A DNA stretch of 64,000 nucleotides, taken from assembly GCA_903813345.2 (NCBI GenBank), contig CAIIXF020000001.1, positions 40,920,001-40,984,000 of the forward strand, given 5' to 3'. Under the pieces are notes generated by a model, which did no database searches, was not told where the DNA came from, and saw only the letters and a list, made by a program, of their open reading frames with translations. This DNA is from Owenia fusiformis (Eukaryota). The position numbers and the translations under genes were made by a program. This document shows positions 11,886 through 24,800 of the stretch, in pieces. Each line of letters opens with the position of its first letter. Within the stretch, counting starts at the first letter, position 1.

Positions 11886-13986
11886 GTGATTTGCCAGTGG
11901 TGGTTGCCATTTAGCATCAGTAGTGTTTGCCAAAAACTTTTTATAAGTCCTTTCATCTCTTCTCTCCCCAGTGCCACTTTTCATCTCCAAGTACATTCCT
12001 GAAAAATATTTTACAAGTAAGAAAGTGAGCACAATTAAGAGTCTCTGGGATTTTGCTTGACAGACTTTCTCTATAGGCCAATGTTTATTTGAAAGAGGGG
12101 TGTATGAAAAATCATTTTTCCCTATTTTTAAAGGGCCATGAGTATTCTTTTCAAGGGCCTCTAGATATACATTTGAGAAAAGGATTCTTATGCATTGAAA
12201 TTGCATAAAAACAATTAATATGTACATATTGACCTCTCTAATCAACATCTAGATGTGAACAATTTTCAGTTCATTTTCTAAAATTTTAATTTGTCATAGA
12301 CTTCCATGTACAAAACTTCACCTGCCAATCCAAACACTAACATGGTCCCAGAATGTCCAGATTAGACAGGTTTTACTGCATGTACTGTACATATATTAAA
12401 ATCTTAATCTAGCTTAATCATGTATTTGTCTCATGTACATTTAACATAGAGAGTAAATAAAAAAGCAGATATAACGGCCACCATGAATTGAATAAGATAA
12501 CAATACACAGATACAATGCAAATAAAGTACAGTAGAGATTTGTAAATTCAATGATTCATATTAAAGTATGTGGGTGGTTGAAGGAGTTTAAGTTTGAACC
12601 ATTTAAGCTAGTAATACTCGTATGTTTGAGGGAATTGATTCTGCAAGTAGAGTGAGGCCCTATTCGAGAATATGTATATAACATGTATATCCTAGTATTA
12701 CCTAAGTTTTCTCTTGGTGGTTTAGAAATTGATCTGTGCCAATCTGGATCTTCTATCTCTAACATATCACGAATACATTTTGCTATCAGCTGGAAAAAAT
12801 TAAAAACATATTAAGTAAGATATTAGCCAATAAAATTTGAACCAAGTCTGTCAACAGGTATGAAGGCCATTTTGAATTGAGTGGCCATATTGAAAATCTC
12901 AGGCAGATGATCTAGGCCCATAAGACATCATTCAAAAAAATCTGAACCAAATCTATCGCAAAAACAAACATAAAAGATTCATGAATGGACTTTCTATATC
13001 CCTAATCGAACTGCATGTATGTTCAATGGCAAAATATGTTTCATAACATGAAGGTTAATACAAAAACAAAATATCCATTTTCGTAATTTACTTACCTTGA
13101 TGTGCTCAAAGTCTGTGATTCCTATCTTAGGTAGATGAGAGGAATCAATGTGAATGAGACGCTTTCCATCAACAAGGTTTCTTGTGATACATTCCTGCAA
13201 ATAAATAATAATGATTGAGCTTTCAAGCCACCTCAACTTCTCAAGCATTTAAACTGATCTAAAATACAGTATTGATGTAGTGCCTGAACACACTGTTGCA
13301 AATTTCCTTTGAACATTTAGCAAGCTTGATGCAACAAATAGCGTAAAACCTCCACCAATTTCTGGCCAATACTCCCATTATTCCACTTATTCAAAACACT
13401 GTAAAACTGTAAAATTAGAATTTTAGTGAGGGCACAATTTTCACAAAATTAAACCAGAATGAAATATAGGACATGGATATACACAGAAATAAACAGTACC
13501 CGATGTGTAGAATACAAAAAGGCAAGAAAGATTGGTGATTGGTGAAGACTCTCTTTGTATGAAGTACATTACGCAAACCTGAGGTCATATCCTCATTTTG
13601 ATGCAATATTAAAAGCTTTAACTATGAAGCCATCATGAATAAAGGTAAATGTCATCCAAAATACTTGGGTGTTGGTGAGTAAATGTAACTTTGGATAATT
13701 TTTCCCCTAAATACATTTTTGACAATTTGGTCTAAGCCCAAAAAGGTCCCAATAGAATATAATGCCCAATAATTGAGGCCCTACAAAATTTTGGGGCCCA
13801 AAATCTTTTTCAAATTTCAATGAAGATTTTCACTTAATCGAAGCGTTTCTAATTTGAGACATGTACAACAAAACATACCCTGTAATACGGAAATCCTATT
13901 TCTTCTATCCAATCTGCGACTTTTTCAACGGACCAGTGCAAACACAGCGGAACTCGCTCGTCTTTCAAATCATCATGGTTCGCCAT
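11865..13986 (-). CDS. SAMD15: Sterile alpha motif domain-containing protein 15-like (142 aa)
   Basis: Exons 13879-13986, 13096-13194, 12702-12789, 11865-11998. WSVEKVADWIEEIGFPYYR|ECITRNLVDGKRLIHIDSSHLPKIGITDFEHIK|LIAKCIRDMLEIEDPDWHRSISKPPRENLG|MYLEMKSGTG matches the SAMD15 C-terminal SAM region. Confidence 0.88.
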
Positions 13987-15580
13987 ATTGTTTATTTGTC
14001 GCTATGAACAGGTGTCTCAGAATCCTTCACTGTGCTATTTTATTCCGCATTGTCAAACTAGCACAAACAAAACAATGAGTCGCCAACCTCGTAGTCCACG
14101 TCATTCCATACGCTTAGAAATTATCTGACGATCCATGTGATAATAATCAAACACACATCTTACCTCACATCCCTTAGAGTATGCAGAAAATGTGTATAAA
14201 TTCAATGGTTGTGCACAAATGGTTGTGCACTGAACAAAATTTAGATCAAAATGGACAAACTCAACCAATTAACAATTCAACCACATTTAAGCAATCCTGA
14301 TACAAATCAATATGAACAATAGATGCAGCATCAACCAATATAAAAGTAGAACAATCTACTATTAACTCAAGAATGAACACAATCTCTCAACTCCCTAAAT
14401 AAAATACACTGATTGTCACCTCAAATCAAAAAATCAATACAAATATGATTAATTTCAGTAAAATAACCCTAAATTTGTACAGTAGTTTGTCTTAAGTTAA
14501 ACACTATAAACCAAATAAGCATTGTAAATAGGTCCCTGCGGAGCAAACTTCCACGCCTAGTAAATCTCATCAATATTGATATAATCAGTGAAGACACAAT
14601 TGATAAAACCGATGATATTAATTTCGAGGAAGATCATCTCAAATAGTGAATGTTTGTCACAACATTAGCATCTCAACTTTCAATCAAAATTAAATGCAGA
14701 AAGTATCAAAGCTTGGGAGTCAAAAAGGTAAATCCTATCTAGTCCAAATGCCACTTGGACTGACCAAATATGTTCGAATGAGCAGGTGTTCCCATTTCAA
14801 GGTGAGTCAATGGAAGATAACAAATTTTGGACGAAGAAAAAGTGTTCACATTGAGAGGTGCTCAAATTAGAGAGATGTTCAGAAATACAGGGTTCACTGT
14901 AATAATTGGTATGGTGACATAAAATTGTTTTTATGAGTGTTAATGTGCTTTATTCTGCAATTCATAAAAGTGTACAATGTCACATACATTGATAAATCAT
15001 AAACAAACTGAATAATGCAACACTTAATTGGAAAATACAACAATCATTATTTGATGACATATATATTTGATTAAAAGTATAGTTCAATTCACTCTTTATG
15101 CTTGGAAAGATACTAATTGTTATTTAAATCATATCAATGTGGTTAATGGTTTACATAAAATGTTTCCTTCTGACAAAACATACAATAAATGAACTTCTAT
15201 TCAATAACAGTGTAAGATAAAAGTAAATAGCAAACAACAAGGCAAGTCATTACAAATGGTTCCTGGTGGTCAGATATCAAAATATAATTTTAGAGAAGCC
15301 AATGCAGTCCTAAATTAATTTCTTTAAAATATGATTCCATGTTGCTTCACGCTTTATTTTCATATTCAACAGTAAGAATCAACACACTATTCTAGTGAAG
15401 TGGTAAAATACATGATGGAATGTTCAAACAATTTAATAATCCGATGATGTTCAATAAACTTGTATAAGCGGAATATCCATTTATAGAGGTTCATTAAACC
15501 TTGCAACTTGCAAAGTTTCAACATGACAGCTTTTACCACTCATGTTGTAAAAACTTATAGCATATGCATTTCAAATCAAT

Positions 15581-16054
15581 ACAAGGCATTAACATGACAA
15601 AATGTCACCACCTAGTTGCTAACAATACTATGAGTTCAATCTTGAGTCAGATTTGAATTTCTGAGAACTTGTAGATGATAAAAAATAGACTGGTCAATAT
15701 GAAGCAAGATGAAAAAAGACCTTTTTGATCTTGAGAATGTCATTGAAGGTCAAATCTTTTTTGACCTTGAGAATGTCACTGAAGGTCAAATCTATAGTCA
15801 GGTTTGAACTGATGAGAACTTGAAGATGATTTTGAAAAAAGAAATCAAATCTTAAATATAAAGTCAGATTTGAATTTCTGAAAACTTGTTTGAAAAAATT
15901 GAAGTCAGTCTAAACAGTATCTGTTAAGTGGAAGTTTTAAGAATTTGTTACAGACGCCGATCGCCGATCGCCAACCACCAATCGCCAACCACCAACCGCA
16001 GTGAAAAACGGAAACCATAACAATATGCCACCACTTTTGGTGGTGACATAAAAA
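15581..16054 (-). mobile_element. HINE/Helentron-like non-autonomous element, family A
   Basis: Ends acaaggcattaacatgacaaaatgtcaccac and gccaccacttttggtggtgacataaaaa, a short CGCCAAC-type microsatellite and internal tandem repeats. Related copies at ~3466-3590, 8995-9030, 28929-29230, 40850-40955, 53679-54425. Confidence 0.7.
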
Positions 16055-16961
16055 TGAAAAAAATCTTTATAAAGAAAAGATACTTATGTTTATCTATGTA
16101 TAAAACCTTCAGTTCAGTATTATAGCAGAAATGCAAATACAGTAACCTATGTAAGCAAAAGCATACATAGATATAGGTGAGTAGTTAATAAGACATTAAA
16201 TGTATGCCTATGTATATATTGTGTTATTTGTGAAAAACCCATCGTGTACATAAAATGTTAAGTCATTGAGTTTAACAGACAGTATCACATACAAATTTAC
16301 AAACATTGTTCCTAACAAAATGAGGAAGGGAGGGGAATAACCCAGAATTCATAGATGATCAAATCTTCATGTAAAGATGAAGCTATTATAGACCTTGAGG
16401 ATTCTCCAAAGATGGCATAACATGCAGTGGATTGTTTTCAAAATACATCATTGACCACAATTTCAAAGGTCATGATGGAAAATTCTCTACGCATTTCTGC
16501 CCTCTGTCTTTAGGGAGACCTCAATCCCATTGCCTACGACTAAACTAATGAAAATTTGTAATTTTCATGTGGTACATTTATATTGTAACATTTATATGAT
16601 TATTTGTCCGAAACGAAATCATGTTAAGCATAATTCAATATTATTCCTGATGTATGTAAAATTATAATAAAATATTAATGCTGATAATATGTGAATGTTA
16701 TTTAATTGTAAATAAAAACTCAACAAAATTAAACTCTAACCTCAATGTGGAGATCTAGCTCAGTTTCTGCGTGTTTAAAAATTGGCAATAATGCACATTA
16801 TGTTAAGCTCAATTATTGCGTATAATGGTAAGGTCAATACTCCACTCTCAAAGGAAGTAAAAGAGAGGTTTCACACAACGTATCTAAAATCCGCAATGTA
16901 TTCATCAGATTTATCTATGCGTAGCAGTTAAATTAATAAAAAAGAGATGTGGTTGCAGGTA

Positions 16962-17160
16962 CAGGCCCGTAGTCAGGATTTGCCAAGGGGGTTCACCTTT
17001 TTGAAAAATTCCAGGGGGGTTAACTTGTTACAATTTTGTTCCAAAAAAGGCCAAAATCACTTAAAAAGTGCTCAGAATGGTGAAAAACTGCATGATTTTG
17101 AAAGATTTTTTGGCCAGGGGGTTCGCTCTAACCCATTGAACCCCCCTGGCTACGTGCCTG
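16962..17160. mobile_element. MITE with CAGG...CCTG termini
   Basis: CAGGCCCGTAG...CTACGTGCCTG with a 5-bp TSD AGGTA. Sister copy at 38200-38403 (TSD TACATC) and a partial copy at ~56580-56735. Confidence 0.8.
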
Positions 17161-18849
17161 AGGTACATTGTGCGAAACCTCTCAATGGCCTGGCAAAGTT
17201 TCCCTTACAATCCTAATTTAATTTAATAAAACTGAGATATCTAATCAAATATGGAAGTTATAAAGCTACCATCAGATATAACTCAAAGAGTTATCCTGAA
17301 AAAGTCATAACAGATTGAGTTAAATATTATCACGAAATTGTGACAAAATTTTGAACTCTACTCCCAACTCTTCTCAAACTATTGAACTTTGAACCATTGC
17401 TTTAGCTTGGTATATTGAACTTGATAAGACAAGACAGGTTAAATTATGACATGAGTACAGTGTATATCATGAGCAAAGTGAAGACACATTAAAATGTGCA
17501 CCTTATACAAGAAAGTATAAATATTTTTACACTCCTCCAATATGAGCAAAAATATGAAATATATATATTGTTAAATAAAGCATGCTAATGTAAAATTTAC
17601 AAAATCATAGGCAATCACAGGGTTTAGTCATGATCACAGGTTTAAATAATGCTTACATTTATACATAAATGATCGTTTAGTCTAGCTTCAAGCCCTTGTA
17701 AGCCCACCTCCCCCTCTACAAGTGTTGTGTTGGTGAAGTGGATAGGGCTCCAAAGTCTTGCAGCAAGACTAATGATCACACATAACTGTATGTGTACCTA
17801 CTATACAGTGTATGTCTCAGTTTTAAAGATAAGTTTATAAAGATATAAACAATTTACATACATGTAAGTATCATATATTCAAATTACATGTACAGGGGCA
17901 TAGCCAGCAAATATCAAGTGGTGCGATATTTAGAGTTTGCATGCATCACTGCAAGCGAAGCGAGCCACAAAAATTGGGGGTGCAGGGTTCGCCAGGAAAC
18001 GTGGTACGCCAGGAAATTTTCAAAAATTTATTTTGTAAATGGTGCATTCTAAGCAATTCAAACTATAATTTGTTTTGTTGTTTTTCAACTAATTTTACAA
18101 AATTGTTTTTTTTTGCTTTTTTATGTTGTTGGGGGGGGGGGCACACATTGCACACCCTAGCTACGCCCATGCATGTATGTTACTTGTACCTTCAGAACAT
18201 CTTATTCATCTAATTAACCTTAAAATGTTAACTTGAGGTAAACAATTGATCACTGGTATTTAAGGAAAAACCTCTTTCTGGAAATGCCAAAGTGTTTCAG
18301 TGGGAAACCCAGTTTTTAGTATAGCAGAGGTTTTCCATACGTCTAAACTATTTGAAACACATTGCCACGTTTTAATCACGTTAAATCAAAACGTATGAAA
18401 TAGATAGGTATATAGCATTCACTGTCAGATAATGAACTGCTGTATAAATCCTAATGGACATTTACAATCAGTTTAGTCATTATTGAGTGCCTTATCAAAA
18501 AACACATTCTCACTTTAACTTCTTTAATAATGATTTATGAAGCAATGTGCAGTGTTGTGTGATACACTTATTAACAATAAGTTCACAAGCAAATACTAGT
18601 GTTCTCAAATGATAAATTCCTTTAAGATATTTTGATAAAGATTATTTCAAACTTACATAGCTTCATATGGTCAGAAATCTTCAAAACATCAAAATACAAA
18701 ATAACATTAGTTTCGATCTAATTTCTAAATTATTTTGTATGTTGAATCAAAAAGACATACTCTCACTTTAATTTCTTTTTTTTTAATGTCTTCAATTCAC
18801 CTCAAATCTGTTAATCTCAATCTCGTAAATAAACTCTACTCCGCGTATC

Positions 18850-21800
18850 TCAAGATCGTGCTTTTCTGTTCACTTTTCCATAGACCTCTGGGAAGGCATC
18901 GGCGCATTCATATTTCTTTCTCATCCTATCGTAGAGAGAATGGTCAAACATTGAACGATACTCATCCAATGTCATGTAGGAATCTGCATACATCATCTGG
19001 AACCTGCAATGCATTGAAACAATACTATTGTGCTCCTTCACAAATATCACTATGGTAACAAAATAATCATTTTTAAGGTAGGCTACTATCAGTTGAATTG
19101 TGTAATATGGTATTGTTTTATGAAAATGCACATGTACTATGTGTCTTTTGTATCTCCATGGGCTTTCAACTAGATAATGTATGTACATACTGTAAAACGG
19201 GTATTGTTAGTGAGGGGTAATTGTTAGCGATTGTTAGCGATCGCTATAGTTTCGCTAAAAATTCAATTCGGTAAAATAAACCGGGGTTAAAATAAACCGG
19301 GCACTAAAATTTGCAAATTCCCGGGAAACTACCTGAATACTAGTATTTAAGGAGATTTTCGTTCAGTGCTCGACTTCCGGTTTGTAATTTGAAAAAGGTA
19401 AATATTTTTAAATCGTATGTTTCTTTCAATATCGCTAAAATTTCCCGCGCTAAAACCCCCTAAAATTGAAAAATCGCTAAAATTTCCCGGTGTTAAAATT
19501 ACCCGTTTTACAGTATGTTATTGTTAATTGTACATGTACAAAGATCATATACTTACCAAATCCATCAATACCTATATTTTAGATGGGGTATGCAAACTTT
19601 CTGAATGACTGGTACAGATAAAGGAGGCATGGTAATTTACCATGATCGCTTATGATAAAATTTGACACACATAAATTACAGAATAGTCCTATATTGTGTC
19701 AAGAAGATTTTAAGTCATAAACTAAATTAATAAATTTTCTATGGTAAAACACAAATGGGTTTTATCATGGGCTTTCAACTCTAATAGAAAGCCCATGGTT
19801 TTATCTAAGAAACTTACCCCTTAACATCCCTGACAAATGCCTCAAGTCTACGAGTGGTGTCCATACAGTTGTAGTTCTTGGTGGTGGGTGTACCATATGC
19901 TCCTATATCTACATACATGGCTGTGTCACCGTCAGGGTGGACCATACCTGGATCATTGGGCAGCAAGAATGGACACAGCCATAATGGGTACATCTACAAC
20001 ATCCATGAATGTTTAATTAAAGAGACAATGTCCGATATGAGCACTGTCCACAAAAAAGTTGACGACTATACTAAAACAATATGACACCGCTTCTGGTGGT
20101 AACATATAAACCAATTTAAATTCAACAACTGAGCTGATTCCTTACCTTAATCTCTTTATGAAAGCATGAGAGTGACTCCCCCAGAGTGTCTAGGGGGACC
20201 AGCATATCTTGGATGATCTGATTCTCCTCATACATGCGTTTAATTGTCTCTCCCTGGGTTAACTTCAGGAGTGAGATCTTTGGAGGGACCATCCAGCCAC
20301 ACAGGTACCTGAACAAGGGGTGGTTACCAAATGGTATGATGTCCTGTAAGAGATGAAGTTTTACTATGATTACAGTGTACCAATGAATACAGTGGATACA
20401 CTTTTTTTAATTTGACACTACTTAATTTGGCGGATTTGCATATTTTGAATTATTGCCGTCTATTTAATTTGGCAGATTCAGGATTGAAGTCATATATTAG
20501 TGTCAGTATGACATGTCTTTACCAAGATATTGTTCTGAGTTCTCTCAAAATAAAGTAGAGCTTGACAAAAATTTTGGAAAATGATGACTGGAAGTTGAAT
20601 TCCAGAAGTGAACTGAAATTTCCCTAGGCATTTTCCAAAATGCATCTGAAAATTGGGCAGATTTTTAATTTGGCGAATTCTTTCAATTCGCCAATCCATC
20701 AAATTCAAACGGTAGCCAAATTAAGTGTATCTACAGAACTGATTTCTTAATGTGCTCATACATGTTAAAAGTACACAATATATACAAGTACAAGTGGCGG
20801 ACAAGGACCTGCCACTACTCCTCTATGGTTGGCCCTGAAAAATTGAGGCCAAAAAAATCTGCTCCTCCCAAAAATTTAGCTTTACAGATTTACATTACAA
20901 TTTAGATAACATACTGGCATTGATGGGCATTTTTTCTAATTTAATTATCTAAGGAAATAGGCCTTAAATTTAAAAATTGGGGCCCATAATTTTTTCAGCT
21001 CAAGCTAAAAAGTTTTTGGCCCCCCTTCTTAAAAATGCTCATTCAAAAACCTCTCTCCGATCAAGCTTTTGGTACTTTTTTGTATTAGGCAAAAAATGAA
21101 GAGAAAAGGCTGGTCACCTAGCCTTTACTAAATTGTCTTTAGGGCCTAACTTACCTGAAGTTCCCAGAAGATGCTGCGTGTGTGTCTGTGATAGTAGTGC
21201 CTAAGAGGGATGTACTCTGTACTCCTCCCCTTGTGAAGGTATTGCTCCACATGCTTGAAGAACCATGGCTTCCAGAAGTAGCCTATGTTATTGATCTGAA
21301 GTAAACATTAATACAGTACATGGAGGGCCATACTGTAGGCTAAAGGCATTGTTTGTCGAACCACTCACACAAATGAGTGATTTTCCTGGAATTGCGATGA
21401 CAACATTTATCAAGTTATTGAAAAATATCTAAAATGGCTACCAGAAAACAAAATGGCTACCCAAAAGTTAATCAACAGTAGAACTTGCTACTCTCTAGCA
21501 TGTGTACAGATTTGAGGAAAACCTGGCAAGCAGCTTTTTAAAATGGAGAGAACAGACCAGCCACCCAGGTGGTAAAGATGCGAGAGGCCATTTGGTTGGG
21601 AATCACTCACCTTATCTGATTCAGCTTCATCAGTCATATTAGTAGTCATTATAACAGCCTCATCTTCAGAGTATGCCAATGCCTCAACAAACTCATTCCC
21701 TTCCTTCTTCATGACCTCCTCTTCAAACTTGACAAGCAGATCCTTCTTTGAGTGGACAGGGATATAGTCAATCTTGGCCCACTTCTTACAAGGGACAATC

Positions 21801-24800
21801 ATGATCTCTGTAGCAACTAGAAACCCTAGTGTACCATATGACCAGGGGACAGAATAAAATAAGTCTGAGTTTTCATCCTAAAATTCAAAGGGTGGTTCAT
21901 ATAACTTTAAGATCTGCATGGATATTTTCTGATACAGTGAAGGATATTGAGTATTCTAATTGTCCAAATAAAATTTTAATTTACAGTGTCTTCGCCAGAA
22001 GTTTCTCAATTAGATGCTACTTTTTGCAGTTTTGTTAATGATCATAAAAACATCAATTTCTCATGGTTTTAAAATTTTCAGCTGGGTGTAACTAGGTTTT
22101 CAAATGGGTGCATGCTCTCAAGTGGGTACAGTACTGCTTTGTCAAAAATGAAAACTGTGATCTTTAAGCATTACGGAACAACTAGGTACAACTAGGTAAT
22201 AGATTGGGAAGATGACCAATGATCTGGTGCAGGACTACCATTATTTAAATTTATATGTTTTACAGTTTTTACCTTGCTACATTTTACTACACTGCCATCA
22301 GCCATGACTAGTTCATATGACACACACTGATGTTGGAACAGTCCATACTTGTGGGATGACGTCTCTATGCCAGTGCCCATCACCAAACCACCTAAAGATA
22401 ATTATTTTATCAATTTTGGTTTTAACTCAGATCCTAATTAACTAAAGCTTAGTGAACTCAGACCAAGTTTTATTCAAAAAGGTAAATATACAAAAAGGTA
22501 AAATTATAAATATCTAGGAACACTTTAGAAATTTATTTGGTTTCTTCACGACCCCATCTCTGTTCATTCAGCTCCCATCGGTAGAAGGCAAAGAAGATAT
22601 ATCTAAAGCTGATTACGTTTTTTGCTTGTTTATCCCTGATAAATATTTATTCATCAATTGAGATAAATACTGGTCATTTCCCTGTGAGTGCAAAATTCCC
22701 ATATTCACATTTCTGGCCATATTTGGTAAAAAAATAAATTTTCACTGAAGGTACAAATAGATTTTCAGAAGATGCAAGCCTCTTTTCAAAATATTAAGTG
22801 GGTGTAGTGCTAGGGAGGCCACTGAAATGACACGAGGCTTTGGATCAAGCAATAAATGAATCAATCTCTCCAAGGATATCACACAGGTTTTGAGCAGAAT
22901 TGACTGAGAAACAACAGTGCTATTCCTCAAACCAATTAATTCATTTGTCAATTCTCTATATTCTCTGCCAATATCAAACAATGCAATTAATTAGATGGTG
23001 AGACACAGTAGATTTAATCATTTCCCTTATATGAGTCATCAGCTTTTTGACGACATTTAATAACTTAACAAACCAATAACTGCAAGTAATGAACATTTGT
23101 AAAAACAAGACGTTCCTTCAAAAAGGTACTGGGCTGGGGTGAATGGATGGCCTAAGTTTATAATTTTAGAACTACATGTATATCTGAAATGGTAAAGTGA
23201 TGAAAATAAATTCATATACTGTACCCTAATTCTTAAAATTTTCCTCAAAAAATGTTTGTTTTGAGTCAAAATATTTAATGATCTCATTCAATTCACTGGT
23301 TCTAAAAAGGGCAACTAGAACTAACTACAGCTGATTAATAGTCAAGTCGTACAAAAAACAAAAGGTCATCTGTAGCAACCAGGTTTTGGTTTAGTTGTTA
23401 TAGCACAAAACATCTTGGATAATTCCTTGGATAATTTCTTTCAGTGCTTTGAATCCAATTAAAGACAAAAGCTTCAAATATGGAACAAAACCTTTATTCG
23501 TGTAATAATGGGATTTCTTTCTCCAATTGAATACATCTATATGTATGCTACATTTTTAAGGACTGTTATATGCAAGAACCAAGAGAGCAGATTAAAGCAA
23601 AGGAAATTGAAAATGATATCTTAAATTTTGACATTTAGTCTAGATTATCACTTAAGTGAAGTACATGTAAGATCTCTTATAAGTAAAATGGAAAGTGCCT
23701 TCAAAACCAAAGGAACTTACTCTAATCTAACTAACCTTGCTATCATTCTGAACTATATAATCTGGACCATTCACCTGTTTATGTCCATTGTTTGGATGTG
23801 ACCATTAAACATCTAACATTATATTAAACTGCAAGCTATTTGATGGTGTGAGCAACATCATCTGACTTACCTACAGTGAGATCATCTAACTCAGGCAGAA
23901 TTGGTAATGTCCAACCTAGAGGATTCAACATGGCAGTCACTTGACCCATTGTCACCATTGGCTCTACTCGTACAATCTTACGATGTGTATCTACTTCAAG
24001 AATATCAATGAGGTTCACATTGATGTTGGTCATGGATCTCTTATATTTGCCCTGTCTAAAGGAGACATTTGCCCAGCCTGGCCTGGATGTACACATCTTA
24101 GTTTTGCAACCATTTTCCCTCCAGGCTTTCACCTATAACACATAATGAGAACTATTTTTCAGAAATTATGAATGAGAGTGTATAATATGTATGTGTTCTT
24201 GGAATGAAGAATATCACTTTTATAATTGACACAGACTTACATTGTGTATCATAGAAACCAAAGGAGAATGAGATTGACCATGCTTGTACTTGAATTCCAT
24301 TCGCCAAACACATTTCTATCTTTTTGCCCTGAAAACTTCCAAAGCGAATTCTACTGATTTGGGATTTCTGACTGCCATTATTTGAGTAATTACTGGATTG
24401 CTTCTATACATCGTCGCATGAGAATAACTTTGTACTATCTCACATTTTTACGGAACTGAGAAATCAAGGTTTGAAAGTTTAGAGGTCTGTATCTTACTTA
24501 GTATTGCTATGTGAAACTTGATTTTTTGTATGTCACCTGGTCTCACCCTAGAGATATCCTATATGAAATATCATACCTTGAAACAATTTACAAGATCCTT
24601 TTTTAAAACTATGGAAATGGAGTTGATACAATTTCCCACCGGAATAACAGCTTATTTCTAATTTCAAATTGTCATATATCTGATATCAACTGTTTCAACC
24701 AATCAACTCTCTAAGAATTGGTCATGTGACTTGCAAAACTTGGAGTTATAACAATCTTATATTAAAACGAAGTATGCCAATATGCATGTTATTGTATCTA

